Shown here: positions 41,633 to 51,286 of the stretch, piece by piece | Layout: the number at the start of each line of letters is the position of its first letter | Position numbering within the stretch: position 1 is the first letter of the stretch | Assembly (NCBI GenBank): GCA_963742735.1 | Contig: CAVUMN010000003.1 | Coordinates: 672,001 to 736,000, forward strand | Direction: 5' to 3' | From: an uncultured Actinomycetes bacterium | GTDB lineage: Bacteria; Actinomycetota; UBA4738; JBBDTT01 | Length of the DNA stretch: 64,000 nt | Program-made: the position numbers and the translations under genes | Notes under the pieces: model-generated | Seen by the model: only the letters and a program-made list of their open reading frames with translations | What the model was told of the DNA's origin: nothing | Database searches by the model: none

Positions 41633-42528
41633 TGCCCACCGCGAACACCCGGGTCGCCGGCGTCGTCGGATGGCCCATCGAGCACAGCCTGTCGCCCACC
41701 ATCCACAACGCCGCCTATCGCAGCCTGGGGCTGGACTGGACCTACGTCGCGTTCCCGGTGGCGCCGGAGGACTTCCCGGCGGCGATCGAGGGGTTCCGCG
41801 CGGCCGGGCTGGCCGGGGTGAACGTCACGCTGCCGCACAAGGACGCCGCCGCCGCCGCCGCGACGGTGCTCTCCGAGGACGCCGAGCGCCTCGGGGCGGC
41901 GAACGTGCTCACGTTCGCCGACGGGATCGCCGGGGACAACACCGACTGCCTCGGCTTCGCCCGCTTCCTGGCCGACGACCCCGGCTTCGATCCGTCGGGA
42001 CGCTCGGCCCTGCTGTTCGGGGCAGGGGGCGCGGGACGCGCGTGCGCGCTTGCACTGGCCCGGGCCGGGCTCGGCCACCTCGCCGTCGCGGTCCGCGAGC
42101 CCGCGCGCGCCGCCGCCCTCCGGGTCGCGCTGGCGGGCCTGGGAACCCGGATCGAGCTGGTGGAGTTCGGGGTCGATCTGGCCCCCTTCGACCTGGTCGT
42201 CAACGCGACCCCGGTGGGCCAGGGGGGCGAGTCGCTGCCGCTGCCCGGGCTCCATCCGGGCCAGGTCGTCGTGGACCTGATCTACCGTCCGGCGCTGACC
42301 CCGCTCGTCCAGGAAGCCCGTGCCGCGGGAGCCCAGGCGTTCGGCGGGCTCGGTCTGTTGCTGCACCAGGCTGCGCTCACGATCGAGCGATGGACCGGCC
42401 AGGTGGCCCCCCTGGCGGTCATGTCCGCGGCCGCTCTGGCCGAGCTCGCGGAGGACCCCACGCAGGGTTTCGAGCCCGATCCACCGCGTTCCACGCTCAC
42501 GATCGCCCCTGAGGGCCCTTTGGCGTAG
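41632..42528 (+). CDS. aroE: Shikimate dehydrogenase
   Basis: HSLSP, NVTLPHK, NTD, GAGGAGRA, NATP, DLIY. Confidence 0.95.
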   Translation: MPTANTRVAGVVGWPIEHSLSPTIHNAAYRSLGLDWTYVAFPVAPEDFPAAIEGFRAAGLAGVNVTLPHKDAAAAAATVLSEDAERLGAANVLTFADGIAGDNTDCLGFARFLADDPGFDPSGRSALLFGAGGAGRACALALARAGLGHLAVAVREPARAAALRVALAGLGTRIELVEFGVDLAPFDLVVNATPVGQGGESLPLPGLHPGQVVVDLIYRPALTPLVQEARAAGAQAFGGLGLLLHQAALTIERWTGQVAPLAVMSAAALAELAEDPTQGFEPDPPRSTLTIAPEGPLA

Positions 42529-42565
42529 GTCGTCCGCACTACTCGATACGGCGTTGTCTAGGGCT

Positions 42566-42592
42566 TAAGATCGGATTCCGTACGGCCGAAAG
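42566..42592 (+). promoter_or_regulatory. sigma28/WhiG-type promoter of the T4P motor operon
   Basis: TAAG-N15-GCCGAAAG, 9 nt before ATG 42602. Confidence 0.65.
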
Positions 42593-42601
42593 AGCGGTGG
42601 A

Positions 42602-43279
42602 ATGAGCACCCCGAACTTCTCCGAGATCGCCGCTCGGGTGGCGGCGGGCTCGGACGATGTCCGAGCCTGTCTCATCGTGAGCGCAGATGGGCTCACGCTC
42701 GGCGTGTTTCCCGAGGAGCGCGAGGACGCCGCGCGCTCCGCGTGGGGACGCATGGTCGCCTCCGGCGATCCCGAGCCCGAGCGGGGCTTCCTCGTCGTGG
42801 GCGAGGAGATCTGGGCGTTCACCCGCCGCGGCGGCTACGGCGCGCTCTGCGTCGCCGGCCGCGCGGTCCGGCCCGGATTGCTCCTCGACGACCTCGACGG
42901 CGCCCTCAAGGACCTGCACCAGGAGCGCGTGGAGCGCGCCCCGGCGCCGGCCGCCCCGGCCAGGACCCCGGCGGAGGAGCCTCGAGAGGCTCGCAAGCCG
43001 GCCGAGCCGGCGCGCCGCGGACGCACCGCGATGCATCCGGAGCCCCGGCGGGAGCGCCGGGACACGCCCCGAACGCCCGGCCCTCCGGTTCGCCGGCTGG
43101 ACCTCGAGGACGTGGACGAGCCCGACGAGGCGCCGGTGGCGCCGGAGCCGGAGCCGGAGGCGGTGCGCGAGCCGGTCGCTCGCGTCCCCGAGCGGTCCGC
43201 GCCGGTCGACGTGCCGGTGGACACCGTCGAGCTCACCCGCGAATTCGGCGGCCTGCTGGATGGACCGGGCGGTCGGTAG
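42602..43279 (+). CDS. Hypothetical protein: roadblock/LC7-like N-domain + Pro/Glu-rich tail
   Basis: VRACLIVSADGLTLG resembles the roadblock beta-hairpin motif; disordered tail ends VDTVELTREFGGLL. Confidence 0.6.
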   Translation: MSTPNFSEIAARVAAGSDDVRACLIVSADGLTLGVFPEEREDAARSAWGRMVASGDPEPERGFLVVGEEIWAFTRRGGYGALCVAGRAVRPGLLLDDLDGALKDLHQERVERAPAPAAPARTPAEEPREARKPAEPARRGRTAMHPEPRRERRDTPRTPGPPVRRLDLEDVDEPDEAPVAPEPEPEAVREPVARVPERSAPVDVPVDTVELTREFGGLLDGPGGR

Positions 43280-45391
43280 GTGGCCGTCCTTCGCCGCGGC
43301 CAGCCCGTCGAGCGAACCCGAGCCGGAGCGACGCCGCCACCCGAGGCCGAAGACGAGAACGGATCCCTCGAGCAGGAGCTGCAGGACGTGCCCGAAGCCC
43401 CAGAGGATCTCGACGCGGCCGAGGACCTGAGCGAGCTGGCCGATCCGCTGCTGGACGACCCCGGCCTCCAGGACCGTCCGCTCACGGACGCCCTGGCCGC
43501 CTCGTACGAGGCCTCGGCGCTGGCGCCCGGCCTGCTCGAGGTCACGACCCCCGGGGAGGAGTCCATCCCGACCGCCGCCACGTGGGAGGACCAGGAGACC
43601 CTCATCGTCGACGACGGCACCTCGGCGTGGGACGCGCAGCTTCCCTCCGCCGACCGCCCCGCCCTGAGCCTCGCCCCGTCCCCCGAGGCGATCGCCGAGC
43701 CGGGAGATGGGCCGCAGGTTCCCGCTCTGGGCGCGCTCCTGGTGGCCGGCGGCATGATCACGCGCGAGCAGCTCGCCGCGGCGCTGCGCGAGCAGGAGCG
43801 CACCGGCAAGAAGCTCGGGCGCATCCTCATCGACCTCGGTCTCATGCGCGAGGCCGACATCGTCCGGATGCTCGCCCGCCAGGTCGGCCTGGAGTTCGTC
43901 GACCTCTCCGACTACCCGGTCGACCCGTCGGCCGCGGCCCTCATCCCCGAGGCCACCGCGCGGCGGTACCTCGCCATCGGCATCGGCCACGAGGACGGCA
44001 AGCTCGTGCTGGCGATGTCCGACCCTTCGAACGTGTTCGCCCTCGACGACATCCGCACGATCACCGGCGTCGAGCTGAAGCCCGTGGTCGCCGCGGCGTC
44101 GGACGTCGAGGCGGCGATCCGGCGGTTCAGCCGTATGGACCAGGCGGTCGAGGACTTCGCGTCCGAGGCGGCGGAGGCGGCCGCGCAGGACGAGATCGAA
44201 GCCCTGGACCAGCAAAAGGCCGCGGTCGAGGAAGGCCCGATCGTCAAGCTGGTCAACCTCCTGATCACCCAGGCCGTGAACGACCGCGCGTCGGACATCC
44301 ACGTGGAGCCGACCGAGCGTGACGTGCGCATCCGGTACCGCATCGACGGTGTGCTCCACGAGGTCATGCACTCGCCCCGGAACATCCAGGCAGGCCTGTC
44401 CTCCCGCCTGAAGATCATGGCCGACATCAACATCGCCGAGCGCCGGGTTCCTCAGGACGGCCGGATGAGCGTCACGGTCTCGGGAAAGAAGATCGACCTC
44501 CGCGTGGCCACCCTGCCCACCGTCTTCGGCGAGAAGGTGGTCCTGCGGATCCTGGACACGAGCCAGGCCCTGCTCCGGCTCGAGGACCTCGGGTTCCTCT
44601 CGGAGTCCTACGAGCGCTACGAGGACTCGTTCCGCAAGCCGTACGGGGCGATCCTGGTCACCGGCCCGACCGGCTCGGGCAAGTCCACCACGCTCTACGC
44701 GACGCTGAACGTCATCAACGACGTCGAGCGCAACATCATCACGGTCGAGGACCCGGTCGAGTACCGGATGCCCGGCATCAACCAGGTCCAGATCCACACC
44801 AAGGCCGGGCTCACGTTCGCCTCGGCCCTGCGGTCGATCCTGCGCTCGGACCCGGACACGATCCTCATCGGTGAGATCCGGGACCGCGAGACGGCCATGA
44901 TCGCGGTGGAGTCCGCCCTCACCGGCCACCTGGTGCTGTCCTCGCTGCACACCAACGACGCACCCTCCGCCGTCACCCGCCTGGTCGAGATGGGCGTCGA
45001 GCCGTACCTGGTCTCGAGCGCCCTGGACTGCGTGGTCGCCCAGCGGCTCGCCCGCCAACTGTGCGAGAAGTGCAAGGAGGGGTACAAGCCGGACGAGCTC
45101 GAGCTCCAGGAGGCCGGCTTCCACCAGGACGACTGGGGCGACATCGCGGAGCTCTACCGGGCCGTCGGGTGCGGCGTCTGCGGCAAGACCGGGTTCCGGG
45201 GCCGGCTGGGTCTGTACGAGGTGATGACGGTGACGGAGGATATCGAGCGACACACGGTGGCGCGGTCGTCTTCCGAGGAGATCAGGAGAACCGCAGTGGA
45301 GCAAGGTATGTTGACCCTGCGTGACGATGGCCTCGAGAAGGTCCGGGCCGGGCTGACCACGATCGAAGAGGTGTTCAGGGTGGTCGCATGA
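43280..45391 (+). CDS. pilB: Type IV pilus extension ATPase PilB with MshEN domain
   Basis: Tandem MshEN-like motifs, ASDIH, GPTGSGKST, LRSDPD, SLHTNDA, CEKC..CGVC zinc site. Confidence 0.95.
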   Translation: MAVLRRGQPVERTRAGATPPPEAEDENGSLEQELQDVPEAPEDLDAAEDLSELADPLLDDPGLQDRPLTDALAASYEASALAPGLLEVTTPGEESIPTAATWEDQETLIVDDGTSAWDAQLPSADRPALSLAPSPEAIAEPGDGPQVPALGALLVAGGMITREQLAAALREQERTGKKLGRILIDLGLMREADIVRMLARQVGLEFVDLSDYPVDPSAAALIPEATARRYLAIGIGHEDGKLVLAMSDPSNVFALDDIRTITGVELKPVVAAASDVEAAIRRFSRMDQAVEDFASEAAEAAAQDEIEALDQQKAAVEEGPIVKLVNLLITQAVNDRASDIHVEPTERDVRIRYRIDGVLHEVMHSPRNIQAGLSSRLKIMADINIAERRVPQDGRMSVTVSGKKIDLRVATLPTVFGEKVVLRILDTSQALLRLEDLGFLSESYERYEDSFRKPYGAILVTGPTGSGKSTTLYATLNVINDVERNIITVEDPVEYRMPGINQVQIHTKAGLTFASALRSILRSDPDTILIGEIRDRETAMIAVESALTGHLVLSSLHTNDAPSAVTRLVEMGVEPYLVSSALDCVVAQRLARQLCEKCKEGYKPDELELQEAGFHQDDWGDIAELYRAVGCGVCGKTGFRGRLGLYEVMTVTEDIERHTVARSSSEEIRRTAVEQGMLTLRDDGLEKVRAGLTTIEEVFRVVA

Positions 45392-46506
45392 GCATGCGGT
45401 CGCTGGGGCAGCAGACGCCCCAGATCGAGATCGGGGAGCTTCTCGACCTGTGTCTCGAGCGCGACGCGAGCGACCTCCACCTCACGGTGGGGACGTCGCC
45501 GATCCTGCGCGTGAACGGCTCGCTGACCCGGATCGAGCAGTTCCCAGAGCTCCAGCCCGACGAGCTGCGCCGGATGATCTACGCGATCCTCACCCAGAAG
45601 CAGCGGGAGCGCCTCGAGGAGGAGCTGGAGCTCGACCTGTCCTACAACCACCCCGGGAAAGCCCGGTTCCGGGTGAACGTCTACATCCAGCGCGACGCGC
45701 TCGGCGCCGCGTTCCGGTTCATCCCCTTCAAGATCCGCACCGTCGAGGAGCTCGGGCTCCCGCCGATCGTGGCCCAGCTGGCCCGGCTGCCCCGCGGGAT
45801 GATCATCGTCACCGGCCCGACCGGCTCGGGGAAATCGACGTCGCTCGCCGCGATGGTGGACATCATCAACACCGAGCGGGACTGCCACATCATGACCGTC
45901 GAGGACCCGATCGAGTTCCTGCACTACCACAAGCGCGCCATGGTCAATCAGCGCGAGGTGGGCACGGACACCCACGGGTTCACCAACGCCCTGCGCCACG
46001 TCCTGCGCCAGGACCCCGACGTCATTCTGGTCGGTGAGATGCGCGACCTCGAGACGATCCAGACCGGACTGACCGCCGCGGAGACCGGCCACCTGGTGCT
46101 GTGCACCCTGCACACGCAGGACGCCCCGCAGACGATCGACCGCATCATCGACGTCTTCCCGACCGCCCAGCAGCAGCAGGTTCGGGTCCAGCTCGCCTCG
46201 ACCATCCAGGGCGTCGTCACCCAGACCCTGGTCCCGACCTCCGACCGCGCCGGCCGCGCCGTGGCCACCGAGGTCATGGTCGCCACGCCCGCGGTCCGCA
46301 ACCTGATCCGCGAGGCGAAGATCCATCAGATCTACTCCTCCATGCAGGCCGGCGCGAAGTTCGGGATGCACACCATGGACTCCTCGCTCGCCGAGCTGGT
46401 CCGCCGGGGCGTCGTCACCATGCAGGAGGCGGAGGAGCGGGCCCACGACGTGGAGGAGCTCTACCGGCTCCTCGGCCGGAGCACGGGGGGCGTGGGCAGT
46501 GCCTGA
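45388..46506 (+). CDS. pilT: Type IV pilus retraction ATPase PilT
   Basis: ASDLHL, GPTGSGKST, EDPIE, LRQDPD, AVRNLIRE. Confidence 0.97.
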   Translation: MSMRSLGQQTPQIEIGELLDLCLERDASDLHLTVGTSPILRVNGSLTRIEQFPELQPDELRRMIYAILTQKQRERLEEELELDLSYNHPGKARFRVNVYIQRDALGAAFRFIPFKIRTVEELGLPPIVAQLARLPRGMIIVTGPTGSGKSTSLAAMVDIINTERDCHIMTVEDPIEFLHYHKRAMVNQREVGTDTHGFTNALRHVLRQDPDVILVGEMRDLETIQTGLTAAETGHLVLCTLHTQDAPQTIDRIIDVFPTAQQQQVRVQLASTIQGVVTQTLVPTSDRAGRAVATEVMVATPAVRNLIREAKIHQIYSSMQAGAKFGMHTMDSSLAELVRRGVVTMQEAEERAHDVEELYRLLGRSTGGVGSA

Positions 46507-47707
46507 GACCTTCGCCTACAAGGTCCGCGACCGTCGCGGGGAGCTGATCAGCGGCGAGCTCGTGGCGGACAACCAGGCCCTGGTCCTCAACCGGCTCCGG
46601 GAGATGGGCTACATCCCGGTCTCGGTCGAGCAGAAGAAGACCGGCATGTCTCGCGAGCTCACGATCGGCCGCGGGTTCAAGCTCAAGGACCTGGCGGTCT
46701 TCTCGCGGCAGTTCGCCACGATGATCAACTCCGGCCTCTCGCTGCTGCGCGCGCTGGCGATCCTGGAGCAGCAGACGAAGGCGAAGCCCCTGGCCCGGAC
46801 GATCGGCGCCGTCCGACTGGACGTGGAGCAGGGCGCGTCGCTGTCCCAGGCCCTCCAGAAGCACCCCAAGGCGTTCAACCGGCTGTTCGTGGCCATGGTG
46901 AAGGCCGGCGAGGCCGGCGGTGTCCTCGACTCCGTGCTGATGCGCCTCGCCGACCAGATCGAGCGCGAGGTCCAGCTGCGCCAGAAGATCAAGTCGGCGA
47001 TGACCTACCCCATCGTCGTCCTGGCGTTCGTCCTGCTGATCCTGGCGGCGATGCTGCTGTTCATCGTCCCGCAGTTCGAGACGATCTACTCGGACCTCGG
47101 CGGGACCCTGCCCTTGCCCACGCGCATGTTGCTCGGGGTGAGCAAGGCATTCCGGACGTACTGGTACATCGTCCTGGCCATCATCATCGGCAGCTCCATC
47201 GCGTTCAGCCGGTGGAAGAAGACCGAGAAGGGCCGCCACGCCTGGGACACCATCAAGCTGAAGGTCCCCGTGTTCGGGCCACTGTTCCACAAGACCGCCC
47301 TGTCGCGGTTCTCCCGGACGCTGTCCGCGCTGCTCCGCTCGGGCGTGCCGATCCTGCAGTCGCTGGACATCGTCTCGGAGACCGTCAACAACGCGATGAT
47401 CGCGGACGCCATCAACGACGTGAAGTCGAGCGTCCAGCAGGGCGAGAGCATCGCCCGGCCGCTGCTCAACCACAAGGTCTTCCCGCCGATGCTCGTGCAG
47501 ATGCTGGCGGTGGGGGAGGAGACCGGCGCCGTGGACTCGATGCTCGACAAGGTCGCGGACTTCTACGACGACGAGGTCACGGCCACCGTGGACGCCCTGA
47601 CCTCCCTGATCGAGCCGATCATGATCGCGATCATCGGCGGCATGGTCGGCGCGGCCGTCGTCGCGCTCTACATGCCGATGTTCAACATCATCAACCTGAT
47701 CCAGTAG
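46499..47707 (+). CDS. pilC: Type IV pilus platform protein PilC
   Basis: FSRQFATMINSG, AGEAGG, SAMTYP, VGEETG, IEP, LYMPMF. Confidence 0.97.
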   Translation: MPETFAYKVRDRRGELISGELVADNQALVLNRLREMGYIPVSVEQKKTGMSRELTIGRGFKLKDLAVFSRQFATMINSGLSLLRALAILEQQTKAKPLARTIGAVRLDVEQGASLSQALQKHPKAFNRLFVAMVKAGEAGGVLDSVLMRLADQIEREVQLRQKIKSAMTYPIVVLAFVLLILAAMLLFIVPQFETIYSDLGGTLPLPTRMLLGVSKAFRTYWYIVLAIIIGSSIAFSRWKKTEKGRHAWDTIKLKVPVFGPLFHKTALSRFSRTLSALLRSGVPILQSLDIVSETVNNAMIADAINDVKSSVQQGESIARPLLNHKVFPPMLVQMLAVGEETGAVDSMLDKVADFYDDEVTATVDALTSLIEPIMIAIIGGMVGAAVVALYMPMFNIINLIQ

Positions 47708-47717
47708 CCCTCCCGCT

Positions 47718-47744
47718 TCAGTCCGAACCCCCTCGAGCCGATGG
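47718..47744 (+). promoter_or_regulatory. sigma28/WhiG-type promoter of pilin 1 (probably leaderless)
   Basis: TCAG-N15-GCCGATGG, 7 nt before ATG 47752. Confidence 0.6.
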
Positions 47745-47751
47745 TGTACCC

Positions 47752-48228
47752 ATGCCTTCGGACGGCCGGCGCAGTCGCCGGAACGATGAATCCGGCTTCA
47801 CGCTCATCGAGCTGATGGTGGTGGTCCTGATCATCGGGATCCTCATCGCCGTAGCGCTCCCGGTCATGCTCGGGGCGCGCACGCGAACCCAGGACCGCCG
47901 GGCGCACTCCGACCTCCGCAACGGGGTGGCCACGGCCAAGGTCTGGTACTCGGACTCGGAGACGTTCTCCGGCTTCACCGGCGGGCTGGCCGGCACGGCG
48001 GAGTCCCTCGAGCCGAACCTGGACTGGGGCGGCCCCGCGGATCCCGGCGCCACCCGGCAGGTGTCCATCGTCGTGGCCTCGGGCGACGACCTGCTGATCG
48101 TCCGCCGGAGCGACTCGGGCCGCTACTTCTGCCTGTCCGACCAGTTCGCCGCGCCCGGGTTCAGCCGGGGCGGCGGCGCGACCTTCGCCGCAGTCGACAC
48201 CCACGCGGAGTGCGTGGGCGGATGGTAG
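47752..48228 (+). CDS. Type IV pilin paralogue 1
   Basis: ESG-FTLIELMVVVLIIGIL class III signal; FC...C..W C-terminus. Confidence 0.92.
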   Translation: MPSDGRRSRRNDESGFTLIELMVVVLIIGILIAVALPVMLGARTRTQDRRAHSDLRNGVATAKVWYSDSETFSGFTGGLAGTAESLEPNLDWGGPADPGATRQVSIVVASGDDLLIVRRSDSGRYFCLSDQFAAPGFSRGGGATFAAVDTHAECVGGW

Positions 48229-48286
48229 GTCTGTACGGAATCTGTCGTAGGTCCAATGGATGGTGGCATCCGGACGAAACCAAGCA

Positions 48287-48313
48287 TAGAGTTTCCCGCG
48301 ATCGGGTCGATAG
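48287..48313 (+). promoter_or_regulatory. sigma28/WhiG-type promoter of the major pilin
   Basis: TAGAGTTT-N11-GTCGATAG versus sigma28 consensus TAAAGTTT-N11-GCCGATAA. Confidence 0.7.
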
Positions 48314-48393
48314 GGCCCGGTAGCAGGCCTCTGGGGCGCCCCTCCCGGGGTACTTCGGATCGCCTGACTCCACGACGGAGGGAGGTGAAACGA

Positions 48394-48846
48394 ATGCTCA
48401 TGAAGATCAACCGCAAGCTCCGGGAAGAGGATGGGTTTACTCTCATCGAACTCATGGTGGTGGTCCTGATCATCGGGATCCTGATCGCCATCGCCCTTCC
48501 GACGTTCCTGGGGGCTAGGCGGCGTGCTCAGGACCGGGCGGCTCAGTCCGATCTCCGCAACGCGTTGGCGGCGGCGAAGGTGTACTTCACCGACGACGAC
48601 ACGTACACGGGATTCGACGCAGTCGACGGCGAGGCCATCGAGCCCTCGCTCGACTGGACGACCGGTGTCGGTGACGACGCAGTCCTGATCACGTCGGCAG
48701 CCGCGGGTGAGGTCTCGCTTCAGGCCGACAGCGCGTCCGGTGATGTGTTCTGCATCGCGGACTCGTCCACCGCCGGACAGGGAACCGTCCGCGGTCGTGG
48801 CGCTGCAGCGACCTTCCTCGCGTGTAGCAACCTGGCCGACTGGTAG
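48394..48846 (+). CDS. pilA: Probable major type IV pilin
   Basis: EDG-FTLIELMVVVLIIGILIAIALP; own promoter, strong SD GGAGGTGA and own terminator. Confidence 0.9.
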   Translation: MLMKINRKLREEDGFTLIELMVVVLIIGILIAIALPTFLGARRRAQDRAAQSDLRNALAAAKVYFTDDDTYTGFDAVDGEAIEPSLDWTTGVGDDAVLITSAAAGEVSLQADSASGDVFCIADSSTAGQGTVRGRGAAATFLACSNLADW

Positions 48847-48862
48847 ACCGACCGACGAAGCA

Positions 48863-48900
48863 ACGTGAAAGGGGCGGCCTCTGGGCCGCCCCTTTCGCGT
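48863..48900 (+). terminator. Intrinsic terminator after the major pilin
   Basis: acgtgaaaggggcggcc-tctg-ggccgcccctttcgcgt. Confidence 0.8.
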
Positions 48901-48911
48901 ATCGAAAGGAC

Positions 48912-49376
48912 GTGCCCGTGTGGCGTGATCTGGGCCCCAGGATCCGGCGCGAGGACGGCTTCACGCTCCTGGAGCTGATGATGGTCGTGCTCATCATCGG
49001 CATCCTGCTCTCGATCGCCCTGCCGACGTACCTGGGGGCGAAGAACCGCGCCCAGGATCGCTCCGCGCAGTCGGACCTGCGCTCGGCGATCGCCGCCGCC
49101 AAGGTGTACTTCACCGACTCCGACACCTTCGCCGGCTTCGATTCCGTCGCGGCCGAGGGGGTGGAACCCTCCTTGATCTGGTCCGATGGCGCGGGCGCCC
49201 CGGTGGGGCAGTCCCAGGTCCGGATCGCGATGGCCGCCCCCGGCGAGGTGGTCATGAACGCCGACAGCAACAGCGCGGCGCTGTTCTGCATCGCCGAGCA
49301 GGCAGGACTGGGCGTGGTCAAGGGGTTGGGGGCGGCGGCGACCTTCCTGGATTGCGCCGGCTTCGCGGACTGGTGA
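48912..49376 (+). CDS. Type IV pilin paralogue 3
   Basis: EDG-FTLLELMMVVLIIG; AQDRSAQSDLR..AKVYFTD shared with pilin 2; ends CAGFADW. Confidence 0.92.
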   Translation: MPVWRDLGPRIRREDGFTLLELMMVVLIIGILLSIALPTYLGAKNRAQDRSAQSDLRSAIAAAKVYFTDSDTFAGFDSVAAEGVEPSLIWSDGAGAPVGQSQVRIAMAAPGEVVMNADSNSAALFCIAEQAGLGVVKGLGAAATFLDCAGFADW

Positions 49377-49486
49377 CGCCCGCGGGCGTACCCTGATCGG
49401 GACATGTCCCCGCGAATCCCCCAAATGGCCGACGGCCGGACGTCCCCTTTCGAGGAAACCCGGTCCGGGTGGAGAATTGATCCAAC

Positions 49487-51286
49487 GTGAGCACGATCGC
49501 GCCCTTGCTCGCCTGGCTTCGCCGCCGGCTCCGAACCGAGGAGCGAGGCTTCACTCTCGTTGAGCTCATGGTGGCCCAGGGGATCATCCTGGTCTCGCTG
49601 CTGTCCCTGGCCTACACCGCGACGATCGGGTTCACCGACATCGCGCTCGCCCGGCAGCGGCAGGGCGCCAACGGGCTCGCCAACCGGCTCATCGAACAGG
49701 TGCGGGCCCTGCCCTTCCAGCACATCCAGACGGGCCTGTCGACGACCGACTCCACGGTCGTCGCCGGTGGCGACAGCGGCAAGATCCTGGGGAGCGGGTG
49801 CGGCACCGGGAACCTGTGCTACCGGCCGACGACGACGGCTCCGCTGGAGCGCATCGCCCGCGGCAACAATCCGGCCTCCGTACCCCTCAACCCCCACCGG
49901 GCGACCACGACCGTGGGCGTGACCCCGTACACGCGCTACGTCTACATCACCGTCGTCAACAACGACCTCACCCTGAACGCGTACCGGATCACGGTGGTGG
50001 TCGAGTGGACGCCGCCCCACCGGGGCGCCGTCCGGGCCAGCGTCCAGGCCCAGACGATCGCGTACTCCCCACAGGGGTGCACGTCGACGGCCACCCATCC
50101 CTTCGCCGCTCCCTGCCAGCCGTTCATCTACTCGGGGGCGCAGCTGCCGGCGGCGAGCATCCAGGTCATCCCGGAGCCCAACCAGTCGTTCACCGGCGGG
50201 ATCCGAGGGCTCGACCTCGAGAAGGCCTCCATCTACTCCGTGGGCCAGTCGGCGAACGCCCAGGCCGAGCAGGTCACCGCGGTCGCCGGCCGGGCCCTCA
50301 CGTCGGGGATCGACCTCAAGCGCATCGGCGTCTCGGCCACGCCGTCCGGGCAGCAGGTCGTGCTCTCGACGGCGGACAACGACCCCAGCCAGCCCGGAGG
50401 GGAGCACGACGACCTGAGCTCCGTGCTGGGCAGCGGCGGGACGACCCTGTCGCTCGTCGACGACGACCTCTTCGCGGTGAGCCACACGGCCGGCGACACG
50501 ATCAGCGCGATGGGCACCATGAACGCCGGGACGTCGCATCCCTGCGGCGGGCAGACGGACGACCTGGCCTGCGCGCGCACGACCGGGACGGGCAACAGCC
50601 TGAACCGGGTGCGGCTCCAGGTGGACCAGGGAGGCGTTGACCTGGAGGACGCGGTCATCGCCCAGATGAGCGGCTCGGCGATCGCCAGCAGCGCCCTGGT
50701 GCACCGCGATCTCCCCACGGGACTCGACGGAAGCATGGGCGTTCAGCTCACCCGGTCCCTTCCCAACGTCCTGCTGGGCGGCCTGCCCACGGACTTCGCC
50801 GGCCCGACCGGATGGAACACCGCGCTCGGGCTGGTGAGCGTGTCCGGCTACTCGGCCACCCTGGAGGCCCAGGCGGGGGAGAGCACCTCGGCGCTGCCCC
50901 TCTCGGGCGCGGTGACCGCCGGCACGGTCCAGTTCTGGAACGGGACCGGCTACACGACGATCCCCACCTCGACCCTCACCTCGACGGTGCAGACGTCGTT
51001 CCCGGTGGCGTTCGACGTCACCCGGATCATCGACGGCAAGGACGTCCGCGTCGTGATGGACGGCAACTTCCTGGCCGGCGGGCTCACGATCTCCTCGACC
51101 GGCACGTCCACGAACCGGACTCAGGCGGAGGTCCGGGCCCTGCCCGCCCTGGCCGGCTCGATGATCTACCGGATCTTCATCGGCCCGAACACCGACTCGG
51201 AGCAGCTCCAGGCCGCGCTCACCTTCAACGTGGACCTCGGCACCCAGATCGCGTCGGCCTCGTACTCGACGGCCCCGGGAGGCTGA
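49487..51286 (+). CDS. Large minor pilin, PilV-like, cassette 1
   Basis: ERG-FTLVELMVAQG signal; long beta-rich Thr/Ser/Gly C-terminal region; paralogue of 53454..55205. Confidence 0.85.
   Translation: MSTIAPLLAWLRRRLRTEERGFTLVELMVAQGIILVSLLSLAYTATIGFTDIALARQRQGANGLANRLIEQVRALPFQHIQTGLSTTDSTVVAGGDSGKILGSGCGTGNLCYRPTTTAPLERIARGNNPASVPLNPHRATTTVGVTPYTRYVYITVVNNDLTLNAYRITVVVEWTPPHRGAVRASVQAQTIAYSPQGCTSTATHPFAAPCQPFIYSGAQLPAASIQVIPEPNQSFTGGIRGLDLEKASIYSVGQSANAQAEQVTAVAGRALTSGIDLKRIGVSATPSGQQVVLSTADNDPSQPGGEHDDLSSVLGSGGTTLSLVDDDLFAVSHTAGDTISAMGTMNAGTSHPCGGQTDDLACARTTGTGNSLNRVRLQVDQGGVDLEDAVIAQMSGSAIASSALVHRDLPTGLDGSMGVQLTRSLPNVLLGGLPTDFAGPTGWNTALGLVSVSGYSATLEAQAGESTSALPLSGAVTAGTVQFWNGTGYTTIPTSTLTSTVQTSFPVAFDVTRIIDGKDVRVVMDGNFLAGGLTISSTGTSTNRTQAEVRALPALAGSMIYRIFIGPNTDSEQLQAALTFNVDLGTQIASASYSTAPGG

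Noticed and set aside
48229-48393. c-di-GMP riboswitch upstream of the major pilin
   Set aside because: No GGCAAA..GAAA..GACGCAAA (class I) or class II signature recognised; the region is explained by a sigma28-like promoter and SD
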